Assembly: GCA_040880145.1 (NCBI GenBank)
Contig: JBBDIZ010000011.1
Location: forward strand, 1 to 35,552
Direction: 5' to 3'
From: Simkaniaceae bacterium
GTDB taxonomy: Bacteria; Chlamydiota; Chlamydiia; Chlamydiales; JAJFMI01
DNA length: 35,552 bases
Shown here: positions 16,656-25,669 of the stretch, one piece after another
Numbering within the stretch: the stretch's first letter is position 1
Layout: every line of letters begins with the position of its first letter
Program-made: the position numbers and the translations under genes
The notes under the pieces: model-generated
What the model was told of the DNA's origin: nothing
Database searches by the model: none
Seen by the model: only the letters and a program-made list of their open reading frames with translations

Positions 16656-19439
16656 TTAAGCGTCATTACTCAGCACATTTACTGATCCGCTTCCGGTTGA
16701 CTCAATAATAGATGAGCTACTTTGGAAAACCCCTAGATTATTATTGCCGGATCCCTGACCTGTACCTGTAATATCAATGTTCCCATCGATTGTAGTAATA
16801 CTAACCTCTGTCCCATTTAAAGAGACACCAAGGTTCTTATCCACTCCATCGCCTCCTGTGCCGAATAGAGTTACGTTTCCCGCGCTTATGCCAACCCCTG
16901 TGCTCTCTAGATAAGCATCCGATTCAAGTCGAATTCCAACATTACTGTTTCTGGCTCCTCCACCATTTCCGGTAAGAAGAATATCCCCGTCGACAGTTTT
17001 GATTGTTGAAGCGCCGCTTGAAAGTGTGATTCCATCATTATAATCAACTCCATTTCCGCCTTGACCTGTCAGAGTGATTAAAGCGCTATCCGCTCCAGTG
17101 CCCGTTGAGACAATACAGCCCCCTGATTCAAGTCGAATACCTTGATTCATTGATCCTGTGCCATCTCCACCCGCTGTTCCTTCAAGAGCAATGTTTCCAT
17201 CCACAGAAATGATCGCGCACTCTTTTCCGGAAAATGAAATTCCGGAATTATTTTTGATTCCATTACTTCCAATTCCTGTGACAGTAATCGTACCCACTGA
17301 AGCTCCAATGCCCGTGCTCTCTATAGAGGCCGCACTTTCGAAACGAACCCCCTGATTGGTATTTCGGGTGCCATTCCCGGTACCCGAAAAGACGACAGCC
17401 CCATCTACTACAGAAACCTTGGATCCACTTGTGAGTATAATCCCCATGTTAAAGTCTGTCCCGGCACCGCCTGTTCCAGTCAATGCGACCCCTCCACTTC
17501 CCGTACTTGAAACGACAGCACTATTTTCCATACGAATGCCCTGATTGGCAGATCCGCTTCCATAACCGGTTCCAACTAAAATAAGATCGCCATCTTCAGT
17601 ACTGACTTGAGTCTGTGGCCCCGATAGATAAAGGCCCATATTTTTTCCTAGGCTTGTATCTCCCGACTCGCAATTAAAAGTAATGGTTCCATTTGAACTT
17701 GTTTGAACTAAAGCGTTGTTAAGGAAGGCTCCATAGGCTAATCTTCCGCTGTCATACCCTTTTGATGTGATCGAAATATTTCCGCCACCTGCATCTAACT
17801 CCGAGCTGAACAAGGATGTTTTTCCACGTGACTCTCCTCCAAAAATTCCCAAATCAATTGTAATATTTCCCCCTTGAGTCGAAACTTGAGCATTTGAACT
17901 CATACTGAAAATAGCCTCGCCTGAATCTCGATAAAGAGGATCACAATTTTCATCATTGATCAGAACGTTAAAATCCCCATTGTTTAAAGTAATGTTTGCA
18001 TTTTCCATCATATGGATGGATCGTCCCGCACTTAATGACAAATAATTTCCATTTGTTGTCCCTGTAACCGTATCATTCACTGTGATATCTGTATTCGCTT
18101 CGATGACAACAAAGGCGCTATCAATAGCCGCTGAGAGATCACTTCCCGAAATAGTTACACTTTCCGATGGATCGGAGGAAAACGTATTTCCAACAGCCGG
18201 GCTTGACCCATTTGAAGAAATCGTCACAAACTTTGGATCGATTAAAAGTTGTCCGCACTCTCCGGAATCCGCTCTTAAATCGACATGGCCTCGGTAAGAG
18301 ACGCTCTCTTTACCCGAAACTTCACAAAACCCGCCGCGCTTTCCATTACCATGACTTTTTGCAAAAACCTCCCCATGAAATGTGGTGTCTCCATCACTCC
18401 AAATCACCACACGGCCGCCGCTGCCTTCATCACTATTTGCTAAAATTTTAGAGCCCTTTTTGACAACGGTTTTATGGCTGTTTTTGATATCTCGATCCTG
18501 CCCTTTATAGCTTCCTCCGATTAGCACATGTCCAAGCCCTTTTTTATGGCTCACATCAATCAAGGAATTCTCTTCCAAATAAACTTCTTCTCCCAAAAGG
18601 TGGACCTCTCCCCCTCCTTCGCTCGTTGCTGCTTGAATATATCCGCTATGTTCAACACCGCCATTTTGTGCAACGAGATAGATGCGCCCATCTCTTTTTT
18701 CTAAAGCTGCAGCCTCAATCGTTCCGCTATTGCGCACGGCTTTGCTGTAGGGACTTGTGCTCATAAGTTCAACGGAAAGAGCCTTAATTATTCCGCTATT
18801 TTCTATTGTACCGCTCACAATTTCCGGTCGAATATGAATTTTTTGATCTTCGCCCACCTTGATTAAGATCTCTTCCGTAGCATAACAACCGACTCGACCG
18901 TCAATTGCATCAATCGACCCTTTATTGAGAATCGACTCTGCTAGTAAATAGACATCATTTCCAAGAGAATGAATCGATCCCTCAATGTGAATTTCACCTT
19001 CACCGGGTGAAAGAAATAGTAGATCCTCTCCATACAAAAATTGGGCATTTTCGATATCGAGTGTCGATCCAATGAATCCAGCCGTTTCAATCTCTCCATT
19101 TTTTCCAACAAAAAGTCCATTTGAATTGATCAATACAACCTGACCATTGGAAAGAAGCTGGCCATCGATATGAGTGATCTCATGGCCTGTAATGCGATTG
19201 AGAACCATTGAAGAATCTTTTTCTTGAACAAAGTTTAAAATTTGATCTTGTTTGATATTTAAACTATCCCACTCAAAAATAGCTTTATCCCCTGTTGTAA
19301 TTGTCATCGATCCATCTCCCTCCTTTACAAAGGCATGCAGATCACCGGCAACAACTGTACAATTATTTTCAGCTAAACACTCCCCTCCTAAAAGAGAACA
19401 AGCAAAAATGATGGAATGGATGACTTTCTTCTGTTTCAT
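16656..19439 (-). CDS. Filamentous haemagglutinin-family (TpsA-like) secreted beta-helix protein
   Basis: AGGAGG RBS; signal peptide; TPS domain (FEWDSLNI, VLNRITG, IDGQLLSNGQVVLINSNG); GGRVVIWSD / GGFCEVSG / GQLLIDP motifs; Gly/Thr/Ser-rich C-terminal repeats. Confidence 0.88.
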   Translation of the reverse strand: MKQKKVIHSIIFACSLLGGECLAENNCTVVAGDLHAFVKEGDGSMTITTGDKAIFEWDSLNIKQDQILNFVQEKDSSMVLNRITGHEITHIDGQLLSNGQVVLINSNGLFVGKNGEIETAGFIGSTLDIENAQFLYGEDLLFLSPGEGEIHIEGSIHSLGNDVYLLAESILNKGSIDAIDGRVGCYATEEILIKVGEDQKIHIRPEIVSGTIENSGIIKALSVELMSTSPYSKAVRNSGTIEAAALEKRDGRIYLVAQNGGVEHSGYIQAATSEGGGEVHLLGEEVYLEENSLIDVSHKKGLGHVLIGGSYKGQDRDIKNSHKTVVKKGSKILANSDEGSGGRVVIWSDGDTTFHGEVFAKSHGNGKRGGFCEVSGKESVSYRGHVDLRADSGECGQLLIDPKFVTISSNGSSPAVGNTFSSDPSESVTISGSDLSAAIDSAFVVIEANTDITVNDTVTGTTNGNYLSLSAGRSIHMMENANITLNNGDFNVLINDENCDPLYRDSGEAIFSMSSNAQVSTQGGNITIDLGIFGGESRGKTSLFSSELDAGGGNISITSKGYDSGRLAYGAFLNNALVQTSSNGTITFNCESGDTSLGKNMGLYLSGPQTQVSTEDGDLILVGTGYGSGSANQGIRMENSAVVSSTGSGGVALTGTGGAGTDFNMGIILTSGSKVSVVDGAVVFSGTGNGTRNTNQGVRFESAASIESTGIGASVGTITVTGIGSNGIKNNSGISFSGKECAIISVDGNIALEGTAGGDGTGSMNQGIRLESGGCIVSTGTGADSALITLTGQGGNGVDYNDGITLSSGASTIKTVDGDILLTGNGGGARNSNVGIRLESDAYLESTGVGISAGNVTLFGTGGDGVDKNLGVSLNGTEVSITTIDGNIDITGTGQGSGNNNLGVFQSSSSIIESTGSGSVNVLSNDA

Positions 19440-19511
19440 TGAAACCTCCTAAGATTAAACAAAAACTCATTATCACTATTTTTCTTAATCAAACAAAGTT
19501 TTTTTTAACCT

Positions 19512-19540
19512 TTGGCTTTCTCTCTTTGAGATGGTATTAT
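19512..19540 (+). promoter_or_regulatory. Candidate sigma66 promoter of rnr
   Basis: TTGGCT (19512-19517), 17 bp, TATTAT (19535-19540) with TG at the extended -10 position. Confidence 0.5.
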
Positions 19541-19563
19541 AGAAGCTAAAAGGCAACATTCAT

Positions 19564-21687
19564 TTGAAAAAAAAAATATCTAAAGCGATCCTTGAATACA
19601 TGGAAGGAAAACGCTATCAGCCTATGGGGCAAATTGCGCTGATCAAAAAACTAAAATTCCCCTCCTCTCTTCACTCCATTTGCAAAGAAATCATTGGAAG
19701 CTTTATTTTAGAAGGAAAAATTATCGTCCAAAAAAACCGCCTTATGCTCCCGGAAAAAGAGAAACTCTTCACTTCAGGTCAAATCAAAATGCACCCTCGT
19801 GGTTTTGGTTTTGTATCCCCTGATGAAGCCCATGATCGAAACGAAGATATTTTCATCCCAAAACCTTACACTTTAGGAGCTGTCGATCAAGATCGAGTGA
19901 AGGTCGAAATTACGACAAAGCCCGGAAATACGAAAGGTCCGGAAGGGCGTGTTATCGAAATTATCGATAGAGGGCGAAAAACGCTTGTCGGAATCATGAT
20001 CGAAGTCGATTCGATTTCCAGCCGGAAAAAACCGATAAAAGGCCAAGCTTTTGTCCCCTTGCTGGGCCCCTCAAAGGGGGTAATGGTTGAGCAGCTTCCG
20101 GAAAACATTCGAGTGGGAGACCGCGTTTTACTCAAAGTTTTAAAGTGGGAAGATGCAAACGCTCCGACAACCTCAGAACTCGTTGAAAAACTAGCAAGCA
20201 TAGAAGAGGCAAAAGCGGACATTCCCATTGCAACCTTAGAGTATGGGATTCGCAAAGAGTTTCCTGCAAAAGTGCTTGAAGAGGCGAAAAAATTTGGAAA
20301 CCGAGTTCAAAAAAAAGATATGGCAGGACGTGTTGATCTAACTGATCAAGCCTGTTTAACTATTGATCCGAAAACAGCAAAAGATTTCGATGATGCCCTC
20401 TATGTTGAAAAAACAAAGAATGGATTTGAGCTTTTCGTCCATATTGCTGATGTTGCCCATTATGTAAAAGAGGGTTCTTGCCTTGATAACGAGGCCCAAT
20501 TAAGAGCCAACTCAACTTATTTTCCGGGAACATGCCTTCCCATGCTTCCAGAAGAGCTTTCAAATAACCTCTGCAGCTTAAAAGAAAAAGTCATTCGACT
20601 CACCGCAACGGTCCATATGAGTTTCGACAGTAGCGGAGAGCTTTTAAACTACAAAATTTTTCGAAGCTTTATTAAGAGCAAAAAACGGCTCACTTATGAG
20701 GATGCATTCAAAATTCTAAATAGAGAAAAACGAAGCCCTTTTACTTCTGCCCTCGATTCAATGAAGGAGCTTTGTTTGCTTTTAAAGGAGTTGAGACGAA
20801 AGCGCGGCAGTGTCGATTTAGCTCTTCCGGAGCTGCAGCTGGAAATCAATGAAGAGGGATTTCCTACCGGCTACCATATCGTCGAGTATGATATCTCGCA
20901 TCAAATTGTCGAAGAGTTCATGTTAAAGGCCAATGAAATGGTCGCAACTCATCAAAGAGAGAAAAGCAAAGGCTCTCTTTTCCGCATTCATGAGAGTCCA
21001 ACCGAGGAGAATCTCGAAGAATTTTATGCTTTAGCAAAGCTCTATGGATTTCAGCTATCTCCAGCACCGACACCTGAAGAGATTACTAAGCTTTTTGAAG
21101 AGGCTAAAGAGAGCCCTTTTCTAAAACAGCTTTCAGTGGCATTTATCAAAAGCATGAAACTCGCCTATTACTCGCCCAACAATGTGGGTCACTACGGCCT
21201 TTCACTAGAAAACTACTGCCACTTCACAAGCCCCATTAGAAGATATAGCGATTTGATTGTTCAAAGAATCCTTTTCAACGATAAACAAACAATAGAGCTT
21301 AAAGATGTGGCTCAAAATACCTCAGAAAAAGAGCGTATTTCTTTTCGAGCGGAAACCTCTGTCTTAAACATGAAGAAATTACGTTTTTTTCATCTTCTTC
21401 TAAAAGACCGAGGCTTAATTCGATTTAAAGCACAAATCACGAAAGTCAAGCCTTTTGGTCTTTTTTTCGATATCGACCCATTTATGATCGAAGGATTTAT
21501 TCATATTTCTCGAATTGGTCGGGATTTCTTTGAATTCAACCCTTTAACATCCACGCTTATCGGAGACCATTCTCATGAAACTTTTGTGAGTGGCCAAAAA
21601 ATTGATGTCGAACTTTTATCAGTTGATTTAATTCATCAACTCACCGAGTACCGAATTTATCGAAAAAAGAAAAAGAGAAAAAAATAA
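19564..21687 (+). CDS. rnr: Ribonuclease R
   Basis: HPRGFGFV cold-shock domain, TIDPKTAKDFDDA, HIADVAHYV, EEFMLKAN, HFTSPIRRYSDL, S1 domain, basic tail; TTG start. Confidence 0.96.
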   Translation: MKKKISKAILEYMEGKRYQPMGQIALIKKLKFPSSLHSICKEIIGSFILEGKIIVQKNRLMLPEKEKLFTSGQIKMHPRGFGFVSPDEAHDRNEDIFIPKPYTLGAVDQDRVKVEITTKPGNTKGPEGRVIEIIDRGRKTLVGIMIEVDSISSRKKPIKGQAFVPLLGPSKGVMVEQLPENIRVGDRVLLKVLKWEDANAPTTSELVEKLASIEEAKADIPIATLEYGIRKEFPAKVLEEAKKFGNRVQKKDMAGRVDLTDQACLTIDPKTAKDFDDALYVEKTKNGFELFVHIADVAHYVKEGSCLDNEAQLRANSTYFPGTCLPMLPEELSNNLCSLKEKVIRLTATVHMSFDSSGELLNYKIFRSFIKSKKRLTYEDAFKILNREKRSPFTSALDSMKELCLLLKELRRKRGSVDLALPELQLEINEEGFPTGYHIVEYDISHQIVEEFMLKANEMVATHQREKSKGSLFRIHESPTEENLEEFYALAKLYGFQLSPAPTPEEITKLFEEAKESPFLKQLSVAFIKSMKLAYYSPNNVGHYGLSLENYCHFTSPIRRYSDLIVQRILFNDKQTIELKDVAQNTSEKERISFRAETSVLNMKKLRFFHLLLKDRGLIRFKAQITKVKPFGLFFDIDPFMIEGFIHISRIGRDFFEFNPLTSTLIGDHSHETFVSGQKIDVELLSVDLIHQLTEYRIYRKKKKRKK

Positions 21688-21708
21688 AATCTATTTATAC
21701 TTAAAGTT

Positions 21709-22356
21709 ATGAAAAAATATTTTGTCACAGGGCTTGTCATACTCCTTCCTCTTGCCGTCACGATCGCTCTTGCGATCTTCATCGTCAATTTCTTAACCGG
21801 GCCCTTCATTGGCCTTGTTACCGAATTTTTTAAAGGAACGCATCTAATAAAAAGAGGCTTTCTTTTTTTAACTCCGGAGCAACTCATTCGCTATGGCAGC
21901 CAGCTAATCATATTGGTTGGGCTTGTTCTCTTTACGATTCTACTCGGCATGTTTGCCAGATGGGTCTTTTTCAAAACCCTGATTAAATATAGTGATAAGT
22001 TACTCCATAGAATCCCGCTTGTAAATAAGGTCTATAAGACCTCGCAAGAGATTATCAAAACACTTTTCGTCACAGATAAAAGCTCTTTTAAGCAGGTCGT
22101 AATGGTCCCCTACCCAAAAGAGGGAACCTATGTTTTAGGACTGATTTCCAGGGAGTCACCCCAAATTTGCCAAAAAAGCGTTGGGCAAAAGCTCTACTCC
22201 GTTTTAATCCCGACAACTCCAAACCCAACGACTGGTTTTTTGCTCATGTACAGTGAAAGCGAAATTATTTTTCTCGATATGAAGCCGGAAGATGCCATCA
22301 AATATATCGTTTCTTGCGGTGTAATCACTCCAGAGCATCCCGTACAGAAACCATGA
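21709..22356 (+). CDS. DUF502 membrane protein, paralogue 1
   Basis: MKKYFVTGLVILLPLAVT, RIPLVNKVY, FKQVVMVPYP, PTTPNPTTGFL. Confidence 0.9.
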   Translation: MKKYFVTGLVILLPLAVTIALAIFIVNFLTGPFIGLVTEFFKGTHLIKRGFLFLTPEQLIRYGSQLIILVGLVLFTILLGMFARWVFFKTLIKYSDKLLHRIPLVNKVYKTSQEIIKTLFVTDKSSFKQVVMVPYPKEGTYVLGLISRESPQICQKSVGQKLYSVLIPTTPNPTTGFLLMYSESEIIFLDMKPEDAIKYIVSCGVITPEHPVQKP

Positions 22357-22988
22357 AAAAATTCTTCCTCACCGGACTTGCCACCTTACTTCCTCTAACG
22401 ATCACACTTTTGCTTTTCTATTACATCATCGATATCTTAACCAAACCCTTTGTCGGCCTGATTAAAAGGATTTTTCACCACTTTGATCCCTACATTGGAA
22501 AAATCACTCATCACCCCGAACTTCTTCTATGGATCAGTCGATTTACAGCGCTTATCCTGTTAGTCGTTTGTATTTTTCTTTTAGGACTGCTCGTCAGAAA
22601 ACTTTTTTTCAATTATCTAGTCGAACTCACTCATAAAGTCTTTGAGCGGATCCCCCTGGTTCGATCGATTTATAAGACTACAAAACAAATCTCTGAAATG
22701 GCTTTTAAAGAAGATCAAAAAATATTCAAAAAAAGTGTATTAATAAAGTTTCCTCATTCTAAAGCAACCGCAATGGGATTGCTTGCTGAAGAGGCTCCTG
22801 AATGTGTAAAGCTGGCACTGTCGGACGAGGAGCTGAAAACGATCTTTGTTCCAACGTCTCCTCATCCTATTTCAGGATTTTTATTGATCTGTCAAAATCG
22901 GGATATCAAAGAAATCGATATCTCTACTGAAGACGTCTTTAAATTTTTAATTTCTTGTGGAATTTATCAACCCAAAGCTGAAGATTAA
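22353..22988 (+). CDS. DUF502 membrane protein, paralogue 2
   Basis: MKKFFLTGLATLLPLTIT, RIPLVRSIY, PTSPHPISGFL; ATG at 22353 overlaps the previous stop (ATGA). Confidence 0.88.
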   Translation: MKKFFLTGLATLLPLTITLLLFYYIIDILTKPFVGLIKRIFHHFDPYIGKITHHPELLLWISRFTALILLVVCIFLLGLLVRKLFFNYLVELTHKVFERIPLVRSIYKTTKQISEMAFKEDQKIFKKSVLIKFPHSKATAMGLLAEEAPECVKLALSDEELKTIFVPTSPHPISGFLLICQNRDIKEIDISTEDVFKFLISCGIYQPKAED

Positions 22989-23395
22989 TGCGCGTTGTTT
23001 TTATTAGTGTAAAAAATAATCAAGAAAAAGCAAATCAAATCATCAAGCTAGTGAAAAAAAATCTATTGAATAAAGAAAATATTTTGATCCTTGCTAAAAA
23101 CAAGCAATCGGCGGAGTTTCTCGATGATATGCTTTGGTCTTACGACGAAGTGAGCTTTCTTCCCCATACGCTTTCTTCAGTGCCCTGTCAGGATCGAGTG
23201 GTCATTACAACTGAAATCAAGAACCTCAATGAAGCTCAGACCCTGATTAACTTAACTGACAAGCCCATTATGAATTTTTCATTTCAAACTCTCTATCTCT
23301 TTGATGACCATACCTCCCCCCAAAGAGAAGCTGTTTCAAAAAAAATATACCAGGAATATAAATCTTCAGGATACAGCATCGCTCTTCTCTCTTGA
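22988..23395 (+). CDS. holC: DNA polymerase III chi subunit
   Basis: AEFLDDMLWSYDEVSFLPH, LINL, and C-terminal YQEYKSSGY typical of HolC. Confidence 0.8.
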   Translation: MRVVFISVKNNQEKANQIIKLVKKNLLNKENILILAKNKQSAEFLDDMLWSYDEVSFLPHTLSSVPCQDRVVITTEIKNLNEAQTLINLTDKPIMNFSFQTLYLFDDHTSPQREAVSKKIYQEYKSSGYSIALLS

Positions 23396-23420
23396 ATATT
23401 TTCCTCTTCTCTAGTAGAAT
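23392..23420 (+). promoter_or_regulatory. Candidate sigma66 promoter for the small-protein/ybeY operon
   Basis: TTGAAT (23392-23397), 17 bp, TAGAAT (23415-23420). Confidence 0.6.
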
Positions 23421-23494
23421 ATGGGGAACTTTTTTTACTTTGAGTTATTGCGCATCTTCGCAAAATTCAAAGTTATAATAATGAGGAATTTCTT

Positions 23495-23665
23495 ATGACA
23501 AGACAAAGTAAGCAAGGAGAAAGGCGTAACCGGTCTCCTCGCAAACGCCACTTTAATTTTAGTAAAAAAACAGGTCCTAAAAAGGATAACTTAGCAAAGG
23601 GATTCAAAGAACATGAGAATGCCCTCTCAACTGAAAAAAATATCTTTATCCCAAAAATTTCATAG
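23495..23665 (+). CDS. Small basic chlamydial protein (56 aa), not in the ORF track
   Basis: GAGG RBS; MTRQSKQGERRNRSPRKRHFNFSKKTGPKKDNLAKGFKEHENALSTEKNIFIPKIS; resembles the small protein neighbouring the PVC signature protein in Chlamydia (from memory). Confidence 0.75.
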   Translation: MTRQSKQGERRNRSPRKRHFNFSKKTGPKKDNLAKGFKEHENALSTEKNIFIPKIS

Positions 23666-23672
23666 GTAGATC

Positions 23673-23834
23673 ATGTCTAGACACCCAAGCTTTGGCAAAT
23701 GTGGAAAAGGTGGAAAAAAACGTAATGTCTTAAAACGCTTTGAACGGATAGATGTCCTCCGATCGCTAGGTCGCTGGCAAGATGGCGTAAATAAAAAGGT
23801 CACAAATCTTCCTAAAACACCTATTCAAAAATAG
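23673..23834 (+). CDS. PVC superphylum signature small basic protein (TIGR04137-like, 53 aa), not in the ORF track
   Basis: MSRHPSFGKCGKGGKKRNVLKRFERIDVLRSLGRWQDGVNKKVTNLPKTPIQK; MS.H.S, RNVLKR.ER, G.W and LPK hallmarks. Confidence 0.9.
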   Translation: MSRHPSFGKCGKGGKKRNVLKRFERIDVLRSLGRWQDGVNKKVTNLPKTPIQK

Positions 23835-24293
23835 TTGACGCTCGTTAATATTTTTAATTCACAGTCTGCACTTGAGATCATGCCAGAGCAAGCGATTAAG
23901 CTCGTTCTGGCTTTTCTTAATTATAAGAAAGTCGCTTGCGAAGAGCTTTCACTTCATTTTGTCGATAAAGAAAAAATTTCCTCTCTTCACGATCTCTATT
24001 TTTCAGATCCCTCTCCTACAGATTGCATATCATTTCCCATCGACTCTCCAAAAGAGAACCCCTGTGTATTCTTAGGAGAAATTTTCATCTGTCCGGAGGT
24101 TGCTATAGAGCAAAGTCAAGAATTCAATACGGATCCTTGCTTCGAACTCTCTCTATATATCATCCATGGCCTCTTGCATCTTCTCGAGTTTGATGATATT
24201 GAAGAAAAGGAGCAAAAAATCATGCGGCAAGAAGAGAAAGCTGCGATTGCTATGCTTATGGAAAAAAATATTTTAATCAAACCGAGAACCTAA
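23835..24293 (+). CDS. ybeY: rRNA maturation endoribonuclease YbeY
   Basis: PTDCISFP, LGEIFIC, IIHGLLHLLEFDD. Confidence 0.93.
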   Translation: MTLVNIFNSQSALEIMPEQAIKLVLAFLNYKKVACEELSLHFVDKEKISSLHDLYFSDPSPTDCISFPIDSPKENPCVFLGEIFICPEVAIEQSQEFNTDPCFELSLYIIHGLLHLLEFDDIEEKEQKIMRQEEKAAIAMLMEKNILIKPRT

Positions 24294-24296
24294 TCG

Positions 24297-25574
24297 ATGT
24301 GGCTCTTAATCCCTTTATTCTTTCTAATTGGTTCAAGCGCGCTTTCCTGCTTTGCTTTGAGCATCCACCGCTTTGGACTTATACCCGCTAAAGAAGAGTT
24401 TGACCGTAGAAAAACCTACTACAGTATCCCGTTATTTCTGAAACGACTCTTTCGGAAAGAATCATGGGAGAATCTCTTTTTTATATTAAGTTTTTCAAAA
24501 CAAATTTCAAGACTTAGTTATGCTGTTTCCGGTTGTGCCGTACTGAGTGCTGAATTGAGCCGCCTCCCCATTTTAATTCTTGACCTCATTATCCTCATTT
24601 CTCTTCCCCTTCTGCTCGACGTCGGCGCCCGACTACTCGCCAAGGGCTTCCCTAAAACGATGATGCGTACAATGGCGCCTCTATCTGCTCTCTATCTCTT
24701 GCTCTACTTACCCATTACTTTTTTATTCCTGAAATTTCAAAGCCTTTTCTCACACTTTATGCGAAAGAAGAATAAGAGTCAGACAAAGCTCAAGGAGAAA
24801 ATTTTAGAGATTGTCCATGAATCAGAAGTTGGTGAAGAATTAACCAATGTGGAACAACGGCTCATTACCTCTGTTGCGGGATTTAAAGATCGAATCGTTC
24901 GAGAGGTCATGGTTCCAAGAATCGATGTTTGTTCGCTCCCTGCAGAAATGAAGGTTTCCTCTGCTGCTTCCATTTTTGTGGAAGAGGAATATAGCCGCAT
25001 CCCAATTTATAAAGAAAGTGTCGATCAGATCATTGGGGTGATCCATTTTAAAGATCTTCTTGAGATTTTTGTCGACCATCATCGTTTTGAAAATCCGGAA
25101 AAAATTACCCTTGAAAAAATAGCGAAACCCTTGATCTACACACCTGAGACGAAAAAAATCACCTCTCTACTTACTGAATTTCGTACAAAAAAAATTCATA
25201 TGGCAATCGTTGTCAATGAATTCGGTGAGTTTGAAGGCATCGTCTCTATCGAAGACATCTTAGAGGAGCTTGTCGGTGAAATTGCCGATGAATATGATCA
25301 AGATGAACTGATCTTATTTTCACAAGCCGGAGAGAATTTATTTGATGTTGATGCCAAAATGAATATTCATGAAATCGAGCGCGAACTTGGTATCGTGATT
25401 CCTTCATCCAATGATTATGATACCATTGGAGGATTTGTCTTTCATCGAGCCGGGGCTATTCCTAATAAAGGATTCAGAATCCATCACGATAATTTTGATT
25501 TAGAAGTAATTGAAGGGGATGAAAGACGTATACAAAGGGTTCGACTCAGGGCCTTGAAAAACAAAAAAAAGTAA
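24297..25574 (+). CDS. HlyC/CorC (TlyC-like) CNNM-CBS-CorC domain membrane protein
   Basis: N-terminal TM region, VREVMVPRID, YSRIPIY, HMAIVVNEFG, IEDILEELVGEIADEYD, YDTIGG. Confidence 0.9.
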   Translation: MWLLIPLFFLIGSSALSCFALSIHRFGLIPAKEEFDRRKTYYSIPLFLKRLFRKESWENLFFILSFSKQISRLSYAVSGCAVLSAELSRLPILILDLIILISLPLLLDVGARLLAKGFPKTMMRTMAPLSALYLLLYLPITFLFLKFQSLFSHFMRKKNKSQTKLKEKILEIVHESEVGEELTNVEQRLITSVAGFKDRIVREVMVPRIDVCSLPAEMKVSSAASIFVEEEYSRIPIYKESVDQIIGVIHFKDLLEIFVDHHRFENPEKITLEKIAKPLIYTPETKKITSLLTEFRTKKIHMAIVVNEFGEFEGIVSIEDILEELVGEIADEYDQDELILFSQAGENLFDVDAKMNIHEIERELGIVIPSSNDYDTIGGFVFHRAGAIPNKGFRIHHDNFDLEVIEGDERRIQRVRLRALKNKKK

Positions 25575-25669
25575 TCTATAATCTAAAGTGCTTAAGTCTC
25601 AGATCAAAAAATTTTTTCCATGGGCTTTTTTAGCACCAAAAACTTAAAACTCGAATCAAAAGGGGCCAT

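Noticed and set aside
16656..19439. CdiA contact-dependent toxin or Pmp autotransporter
   Set aside because: No VENN/toxin tip, no immunity ORF, no GGAI/FxxN repeats or C-terminal barrel
25584..25650. CIRCE (HrcA) operator from TTAGCAC and AGTGCT half-sites
   Set aside because: Half-sites are in the wrong order and spacing for TTAGCACTC-N9-GAGTGCTAA
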